DNA of 64,000 nt, taken from assembly GCA_963704905.1 (NCBI GenBank), contig CAVPHZ010000001.1, positions 131,438 to 195,437 of the forward strand, read 5' to 3'. Positions 58,073 to 64,000 of the stretch are shown here, in pieces (positions within the stretch are counted from its first letter, which is position 1; the number at the start of each line of letters is the position of its first letter). Made by a program: the position numbers and the translations under genes. The stretch comes from Candidatus Chisholmbacteria bacterium (GTDB lineage: Bacteria; Patescibacteriota; Microgenomatia; UBA1400; Chisholmbacteraceae). The notes below the pieces were generated by a model. It saw only the letters and a list, made by a program, of their open reading frames with translations. It did not search any database and was not told the origin of the DNA.

Positions 58073-58777
58073 ATGTTACTAAAAGAAATTCTACAAACTT
58101 TAAAGAAGCTTGGGACTGCTCAAAACCGAAAAATCTACAAACGGCATGGATCCGGGGAGAATGTGTATGGTGTAAGTTTTGCCAACTTACGGCCACTGAG
58201 TAAAAAAATTCTGAAAGATCCATCCTTATCTGATCCGGTAAAAAGAAACCGGCTGGCTTTACAACTCTGGGAGAGCGGAAACTATGATGCACGGAATCTT
58301 GCAAGTCTTATTGTGGATCCAAAATACTTTTCCCAAAAACAATCAGAGCAATGGGTCAAGGATGTAGATAATTACTCGCATGCAAGTTTACTTGGAGGTG
58401 TGATAGCACAAACCAACGATTTCAAACAGATCATTAAGAGATGGACCGCATCAAAAAAAGAATTTATCAAAGATACCGGTTTCAGTGCGCTGGGTGCAGC
58501 AATGAAAGATCGAGTTGATGAATATTCGGATGCAGAACTTCAGACCTACATCAGGCAGATTGAAACAGAAATTCATGATAGTCCTAATTGGGCGCGATAC
58601 GCAATGAATTGGGCGTTGATTGCTATTGGTACATACAGCGATGCGTTATCTAAGCAAGTCGTTCAGACTGCAAATCGTATTGGGAAAGTAGATGTTGATC
58701 ATGGAGAAACAAGCTGCAAGACTCCCGATGCAGCCTCTTATATTGAAAAAGCCCTATCTCGAAAAATACGAACGTAA
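58073..58777 (+). CDS. DNA alkylation repair protein (AlkD/AlkC-like HEAT-repeat glycosylase)
   Basis: N-terminal LKKLGTAQNRKIYKRHG...GV pattern and an all-helical repeat typical of the family. Start placed at MLLKEIL. Confidence 0.5.
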   Translation: MLLKEILQTLKKLGTAQNRKIYKRHGSGENVYGVSFANLRPLSKKILKDPSLSDPVKRNRLALQLWESGNYDARNLASLIVDPKYFSQKQSEQWVKDVDNYSHASLLGGVIAQTNDFKQIIKRWTASKKEFIKDTGFSALGAAMKDRVDEYSDAELQTYIRQIETEIHDSPNWARYAMNWALIAIGTYSDALSKQVVQTANRIGKVDVDHGETSCKTPDAASYIEKALSRKIRT

Positions 58778-58786
58778 GTACGAGTT

Positions 58787-59494
58787 CTAAGAACAGATAA
58801 TCTTGGGGAAGAATACACTGAGAAAGCCAATATGAATTCTTCGGAATTCCAGATTGCAGGATTTTTCTCTGCCTGGGAACATAAATGTACCAAGCACAGT
58901 CGTCGGTTGATCGGGTGTAGGTGTGGCTTCTGGTGTCGGAGTGGGAGCCATCGTCGGTGAAGGGGTTGCGATTGGGCTGGGTGATGGCAGCGGAGTGAGA
59001 AGATCAAATTGACCTCTGATTTCTCCATCTGGATAGCTGATTGTGTGAATGTTGATGTAGGTTTGATTGGTAAGTAAATTGCTTTCTTCCTCCAGAGGAA
59101 ATGGCATACCAGTAATCATTCGGGTGAGTTCATCCTCTTCAATAACCCATTCGCTCAGCGGGCCAAGATCAGCAATTACCGGACCGTTTTCTCCCGGGGC
59201 TCCTTGATGTATGTGTGCCGCAACTAAATCATCAGCAGAAATGTCATTGACTACCAGCTCAAGATCAAATTCTTTAATCGTTTGGTCATAGGTCATCTGA
59301 GCCATGCCTGTTGCATCACTTTGATTTGCTGGTACTTGCTGTTGACCGTCAAGATCTGCTCCGAGCTCGTACATTAATGAATCGGCCATATCAGCAGATG
59401 TAAAGCTGACATTTGCAACAACGACAAAGAAAATTACTATCATGAAGGAGGCGGAGATCAAGAAGATAATAGAGTCTTTGAGGCTTTTGGACAT
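58787..59494 (-). CDS. CHRD-domain protein, membrane-anchored with Pro/Thr linker
   Basis: AAHIHQGAPGENGPV and YINIHTISYPDGEIRGQ CHRD signatures. Confidence 0.5.
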   Translation of the reverse strand: MSKSLKDSIIFLISASFMIVIFFVVVANVSFTSADMADSLMYELGADLDGQQQVPANQSDATGMAQMTYDQTIKEFDLELVVNDISADDLVAAHIHQGAPGENGPVIADLGPLSEWVIEEDELTRMITGMPFPLEEESNLLTNQTYINIHTISYPDGEIRGQFDLLTPLPSPSPIATPSPTMAPTPTPEATPTPDQPTTVLGTFMFPGREKSCNLEFRRIHIGFLSVFFPKIICS

Positions 59495-59637
59495 GCCTGT
59501 CAGTATTTAAAAATCAGACGCATTTGTCAATTTGATCTTTGTGTATAAAAGGCTGTCAAAGTGCTCTTTAGAGCACGAATGTATGCATGGCGGTATATAA
59601 TACTTGAAGAAAGCATTTCAAAATTTGAAGAGAATGT

Positions 59638-60510
59638 ATGCGCGGTGATAAATATAGTGCATTGTGGGTTTCTCATTCCTCAATCGGAGATTTTCAAAAG
59701 TGTCCACGGGCATATTTTTTGCATAATGTGTATAAAGACCCTCAGTCAGGCAATAAGCTTACCCTGATGACACCGCCTCTGGCTCTGGGTCAGACTGTAC
59801 ATGACGTGATTGAATCTCTCAGTGTGCTCCCGGTTGAAAAACGATTTATTGAGCCACTCGTATCAAAGTTTGAACAGGCTTGGAAAAAAGTCGAAGGGAA
59901 AAAAGGCGGTTTTCCTAGCATTCTCGTGGAAAATCAATATAAAGAGCGAGGCAGAGCCATGCTCAAGCGCGTACTTGATCATCCGGGTCCGCTGAAGAAT
60001 TTAGCAGTTAAGATTAATATGGATCTGCCATATTTTTGGTTATCCGAGGAAGACAATATTATTTTGTGCGGGAGGATTGACTGGCTGGAGTACTTCCAGG
60101 ATTCCGATCAAGTTCATATCATCGATTTCAAAACCGGAAAGTCTGAGGAAGATGCCCGGTCACTGCAGCTACCGATCTATCATCTGCTAGTCCGAAATTG
60201 TCAGCCTCGCAAGGTGCAAAAGGTGAGTTTTTGGTATTTAAACCGAAACAATTCCCCAAGTGAACAACCACTACCAAATTTAAATAAATCGCAAGAAAAG
60301 ATTCTGGCGATAGCGAAAAAAATTAAACTCGCACGACAGTTGAATCGGTTAACCTGCACACACCAAAATGGCTGCCGATCCTGTCGTCCTTATGAAGCTA
60401 TCCTCCGCGGAGAAGCGGAATATGTTGGAATCAATGACTTCAGACAGGATGTCTATGTGAATTTAGATACGGAGTCTTCTGAGGAAAAACGCGGGAGTGT
60501 GATTTTGTAA
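59638..60510 (+). CDS. PD-(D/E)XK nuclease, Cas4/RecB-like with Fe-S cysteine cluster
   Basis: N-terminal QKCPRAY. Core IIDFKTGK. C-terminal CTHQNGCRSC, i.e. the one-plus-three Cys arrangement of Cas4/AddB nuclease domains. Confidence 0.5.
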   Translation: MRGDKYSALWVSHSSIGDFQKCPRAYFLHNVYKDPQSGNKLTLMTPPLALGQTVHDVIESLSVLPVEKRFIEPLVSKFEQAWKKVEGKKGGFPSILVENQYKERGRAMLKRVLDHPGPLKNLAVKINMDLPYFWLSEEDNIILCGRIDWLEYFQDSDQVHIIDFKTGKSEEDARSLQLPIYHLLVRNCQPRKVQKVSFWYLNRNNSPSEQPLPNLNKSQEKILAIAKKIKLARQLNRLTCTHQNGCRSCRPYEAILRGEAEYVGINDFRQDVYVNLDTESSEEKRGSVIL

Positions 60511-60521
60511 TTTTCTTTGCC

Positions 60522-61022
60522 CTATCCACCTTGATGATAATCAACATCGGGGTTTCCGTACCTGTCCTCCAGATACTGTTTCATTGGTCCAAAGTAGTAA
60601 TGCCTCCATCCCGTTTTAATGTCTTCATACATATCTTCTGGAATGTTTTGATGCTCTAGTTGGATACGAGTCCCTACCCCTTGGCTTTTGGTTTTTAATC
60701 CGTGTTTCATCGGTCTCAATGAGATGACAACGTAGGATGGCTGTTTAAACCCTTCGGCAAGCCATTCTTGGGCCAGTTCTTTGCCGTTTACAACTCGTTT
60801 ATTTACTCCGAAAATCGACCCTCCCCAGAGTTTGAACTTAAACCCTTCCTTTTCACTCATTTTTGCTGGTCCGGCACCCCACTGGTCTATGGATTTTGGA
60901 TTAACAAGCGCTTTCCATACTTCAGCGCTGGGAACATTTATAGCGTAGGATTGTTTCAGTGATTTCATTGAGCTCATGCTAACTTGAAATATCATCAATG
61001 ACAAGCAGAGTTTTTTTGACAT
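60522..61022 (-). CDS. SRPBCC-superfamily protein (AHSA1-like)
   Basis: About 150 aa with NVPSAEVWKALVNP...W and a hydrophobic ligand-pocket pattern. Confidence 0.4.
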   Translation of the reverse strand: MSKKLCLSLMIFQVSMSSMKSLKQSYAINVPSAEVWKALVNPKSIDQWGAGPAKMSEKEGFKFKLWGGSIFGVNKRVVNGKELAQEWLAEGFKQPSYVVISLRPMKHGLKTKSQGVGTRIQLEHQNIPEDMYEDIKTGWRHYYFGPMKQYLEDRYGNPDVDYHQGG

Positions 61023-61031
61023 GCAGCAAGC

Positions 61032-62252
61032 TTGAGGCTAAAATCAGTCGTGAAAGATATGAAAAAACTTATTATTGGTTTTACCTTCTTCTTAATCACT
61101 ATTTTTCTCACTACTTCCGTTATTTGGGCTCGTACATCAGCAACCTCTTCTGCAGATGTTTCAGATGTTGTTACTCTTGCTTCTGATGAAGTTATAGATA
61201 AGGATTTCTATATCGTAGCTGGGGAAGTGGTAGAGATATCAGGCACAGTCAATGGAGACGTGTATGCAGCTGGTGGACAAGTGCTGATTGATGGGGTTGT
61301 GAATGGTGATCTTATGGCTGCCGGTGGCACCGTCATAATTTCTGGAGATATTGCTCAAGATGTTCGCGTCGCGGGAGGACAAATTTCGATCAGCGGAACT
61401 ATCGGAAGAAATGTCACAGTTGCTGGAGGTAATGTGGAGTTCACTAAAGGTGCGCGTATCAACGGTGCTGTGCTTGGTGGAGCAGGGAATCTCTCATTTT
61501 TTGCTCCGATTGGCGGAGATGTCCAAGTTGGTGCTGGAAGTCTAATTGTTTCTGATACGATCGATGGGGACCTTGAGGCGTATGCCGGGCAGCTGAGACT
61601 TTCCTCCACTGCTCAAGTAAATGGGAATCTTTCATACATGAGTGATACCGTCGCTTCCATTGATGAAGGAGCGGTAATTGCAGGCACTGTCATTCAAAAA
61701 CAGCCCCCAGACGTGGCTCGTAAAGCTGATATTAGACCCCAGTCGCGCGATTTTGGTAAAATCTTTGCTGGTCTGAAGTTCGGCTTGTCACTGATTGGTT
61801 TCGTTTCTTCTCTGCTTGTTGGTCTTATTCTGATGTCGCTGTTTCCCGTTTATATGAAAGAGACGGCAATGATTGTTGGTAATCGATTCTGGTCAGCTCT
61901 TGGATTGGGATTTGCCACCCTCTTCTTAACTCCGATTGCCGTGGTTATCCTCATGATAACGATTATTGGTCTACCACTTGGTATGTTGCTCTTGCTCGTC
62001 TTTCCTATCTACCTCTATATCGCTAAACTCTTTTCAAGCTATTGGATTGGGAGCGTTATTTCTCAAAAAATGGACTGGAAAATTAGTCAGAAGTGGGTGT
62101 TTGTCATAGGTTTATTTGTATTTTTCGTTCTCCGATTGATCCCATTTGTCGGAGGGGTTGTGGGCTTTGTATTTTTGCTTGTAGGATTAGGAGCTTCACT
62201 CATTTCAGATCAGGCGGTGTATAAAACTGCTCGAAATAAAAAACTGATTTAA
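61032..62252 (+). CDS. Membrane protein with bactofilin-like beta-helical repeats and C-terminal 4-TM domain
   Basis: Repeating V.GDV.AAGG.V.I.G units (at least 8). Signal/TM N-terminus. C-terminal hydrophobic block. Confidence 0.4.
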   Translation: MRLKSVVKDMKKLIIGFTFFLITIFLTTSVIWARTSATSSADVSDVVTLASDEVIDKDFYIVAGEVVEISGTVNGDVYAAGGQVLIDGVVNGDLMAAGGTVIISGDIAQDVRVAGGQISISGTIGRNVTVAGGNVEFTKGARINGAVLGGAGNLSFFAPIGGDVQVGAGSLIVSDTIDGDLEAYAGQLRLSSTAQVNGNLSYMSDTVASIDEGAVIAGTVIQKQPPDVARKADIRPQSRDFGKIFAGLKFGLSLIGFVSSLLVGLILMSLFPVYMKETAMIVGNRFWSALGLGFATLFLTPIAVVILMITIIGLPLGMLLLLVFPIYLYIAKLFSSYWIGSVISQKMDWKISQKWVFVIGLFVFFVLRLIPFVGGVVGFVFLLVGLGASLISDQAVYKTARNKKLI

Positions 62253-62311
62253 TTAGCTTCATCAATTATTTTTTGTAAAATATTCATGGTCATTTTGGTA
62301 TAGTTAGCTCT

Positions 62312-63052
62312 ATGTTTGGATATTATATTTATCGATTATTACCACTCACGATAAAAAACGCAACTAATCGAGTCGGTATACAATTGCTACGCCCGAGAAT
62401 GCGAAGTCACTTTGCGCAATTTGTCTTTCCTGGAGACCTCGTCTTTGATATTGGTGCTTATGTTGGAAACTATACTGAGATTTTCTTAGATCTTGGCGCT
62501 CGAGTTGTTAGTATTGATCCACAACCCTATTGTGTGAAGACGCTTCAATCGAAGTTTTTACACAACCCTAATGTCACTATCGTCAACAAAGGTGTGAGCG
62601 ATACATCAGCAACCATACCTTTTTCAATTTCAAAAAAATCTCGTACCAATTCAACATTTTTTACCCCTTGGAAGCATCATAAGCGGTATAAAGATCGCAC
62701 ATGGGAAAATCAAATAGATGTCCTAACCACAACCCTCCATTCACTGATTGAGCAGTATGGGATACCTGATTTTTGCAAAATTGATGTTGAAGGATACGAA
62801 CCGCAAGTGCTGAAAACTCTTCAAGTAAAAATTCCGCGGCTGTCATTTGAATTTGATCAAGAATTCATGGACAATGCTCGTCTTTGTATCAAGTATTTGA
62901 CATCACTTGGAAAAGTCAAATTCAATTATGCACTTTATGGCGGATCGGCATTAGATTCTGAACGCTGGCTATCAGATCAACAACTACTGAATGTCCTCCG
63001 TTCAAAAATAAATGGACACCTGCGCGGGGATATTTACGCTAGGTTCGTTTGA
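62312..63052 (+). CDS. FkbM-family methyltransferase
   Basis: VFDIGAYVGNYT and CKIDVEGYE motifs. Confidence 0.65.
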   Translation: MFGYYIYRLLPLTIKNATNRVGIQLLRPRMRSHFAQFVFPGDLVFDIGAYVGNYTEIFLDLGARVVSIDPQPYCVKTLQSKFLHNPNVTIVNKGVSDTSATIPFSISKKSRTNSTFFTPWKHHKRYKDRTWENQIDVLTTTLHSLIEQYGIPDFCKIDVEGYEPQVLKTLQVKIPRLSFEFDQEFMDNARLCIKYLTSLGKVKFNYALYGGSALDSERWLSDQQLLNVLRSKINGHLRGDIYARFV

Positions 63053-63100
63053 ACTAGCGCAGTTGGTTTGGATAGTTTCCGTTACACGTATTTAGATTTG

Positions 63101-63952
63101 CTAAAACGGCGAGAGCTGAGCGAGAGCATTGATTGGATCTCTCAGAGCTGAAACAATATCATTATCGGTAAAGGCTCCATCTTTATCAAAATCCACAGGA
63201 AGCAGACGCTTAAACTCCACAGCGGTATGGTCGCTTTGTAGATATTCATATGTTTGGCGAGGAAGATAATTTGGTTTGGTTAATACGAACCGATAATTTC
63301 GATGTGGAATGATGTTAAAGAGCTGAGATATTTTCCCTTCTCCATTTTGCATAGGTAAAGACTCATATTTGGATAAGAGGTCTCCTTCATCATAAATGAG
63401 GAGTGTAAAGTCGTTCGCAGAAGCCTGTGGTTTTATCCATAGCTTCGCCTGAACAAGCAAGCTGGGAGGAGGGATGAGCATAAAGGTTTTTTCCAACCCT
63501 TCACCGAATGGTTGTCCTTCATGTTCAAGAGTTACCTTTATTGATTGCTGCGAAATCACTTCTGGTGTGCGAATGGTAAGAGGGATGACTGCTTCTTCAA
63601 ATGGTTTGGTTTGATTCAGTTTGCCAATTTCAATCTCCTGATCTGAAAGTGTTGATTTAAGATTGACCGTTACATTGTTTTCATCCCAAATTGACTGCCC
63701 TGTGTTTGTAAATGAGAGGTCGAGATGATATGTAGAATGAATCACCAAGCTAGTTGGGAACAGCTTGGTAGTAATTTTGTTATCGAAGATCTGGATAGGT
63801 TCACCTGAAGGTTTGCTGAGGTGCTGTACTTCATTATAATGGGCGTATGGCTCATCTGATATTGGATCAATCCATGAAAACTGGTCAAAGGGCGGTTCTA
63901 AGTAGCGTAGTACAAACGGCGTAATAGCGATGATATCTTCATCCGTCCACAC
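63101..63952 (-). CDS. Hypothetical protein with C-terminal dockerin/EF-hand-like DxDxDG segment (N-terminus may lie beyond the window)
   Basis: VDFDKDGAFTDNDIV near the C-terminus. The ORF is open to the window edge upstream of 63952. Confidence 0.35.
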   Translation of the reverse strand: MWTDEDIIAITPFVLRYLEPPFDQFSWIDPISDEPYAHYNEVQHLSKPSGEPIQIFDNKITTKLFPTSLVIHSTYHLDLSFTNTGQSIWDENNVTVNLKSTLSDQEIEIGKLNQTKPFEEAVIPLTIRTPEVISQQSIKVTLEHEGQPFGEGLEKTFMLIPPPSLLVQAKLWIKPQASANDFTLLIYDEGDLLSKYESLPMQNGEGKISQLFNIIPHRNYRFVLTKPNYLPRQTYEYLQSDHTAVEFKRLLPVDFDKDGAFTDNDIVSALRDPINALAQLSPF

Positions 63953-64000
63953 CGACTCGAATGCGATTTTGAAATAACGAGCAATGCTGTCTGGAGATAA

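Noticed and set aside
1-64000. CRISPR arrays, rRNA genes, transposases or integrases
   Set aside because: No short regularly spaced direct repeats, no rRNA-like conserved blocks, and no DDE or tyrosine-recombinase motifs were found in any frame.

Overview
This window is a low-GC (about 35-40%), gene-dense bacterial segment, mostly on the minus strand, with 1-4 nt gene overlaps and many small genes. By inference this is compatible with a small-genome Patescibacteria/CPR-like organism. Housekeeping and cell-surface genes fill 0-37 kb. An ABC transporter pair sits at the left edge. A complete type IV pilus operon follows (two tandem pilins, PilO-like, PilM-PilN fusion, pilC, pilB), then uppP. 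An RNase P RNA at 9721-10038 is covered only by spurious ORFs in the track. Next are miaA-miaB and an operon of six paralogous ABC-2 permeases plus one ATPase. Then come HU, RNase Y, recX-recA, two RDD-family membrane proteins, and a tRNA-Pro(GGG). A 794-aa fusion of a membrane spermidine-synthase-like domain with an M28 peptidase follows. It is followed by an arginine-deiminase-pathway remnant: carbamate kinase, ornithine carbamoyltransferase and a second, longer carbamoyltransferase. From about 38.1 to 45.6 kb there is a strikingly GC-rich (about 50-58%) island, either horizontally acquired or a chimeric join. It carries a Fic protein, riboflavin kinase, an EamA transporter, a PlsC acyltransferase and a methyltransferase. 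It also holds a long ORF-free structured region with FMN-riboswitch-like motifs upstream of a membrane protein. From 45.8 to 52.8 kb there is an AT-rich accessory island of small plus-strand genes. These include a NYN domain protein, a two-DTG aspartyl protease, a NERD protein, BrnT/BrnA, a P-loop kinase and a GxxExxY protein. Seven of these units are each preceded by the same motif, TTTTCTGAAAWTTCTC, suggesting shared regulation or a cassette-like structure. The remainder has a CDF transporter, a C39-like peptidase, two DUF4352 paralogs, a cytochrome b5-like lipoprotein, an AlkD-like glycosylase, a CHRD protein, a standalone Cas4-like nuclease, and others. At least six genes (pilC, miaA, recX, GxxExxY, zinc-ribbon, C39/TPR) are split across two frames by single-nucleotide shifts, several at homopolymer runs. 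This points to consensus indel errors or real pseudogenisation. No CRISPR array, rRNA or integrase was found.
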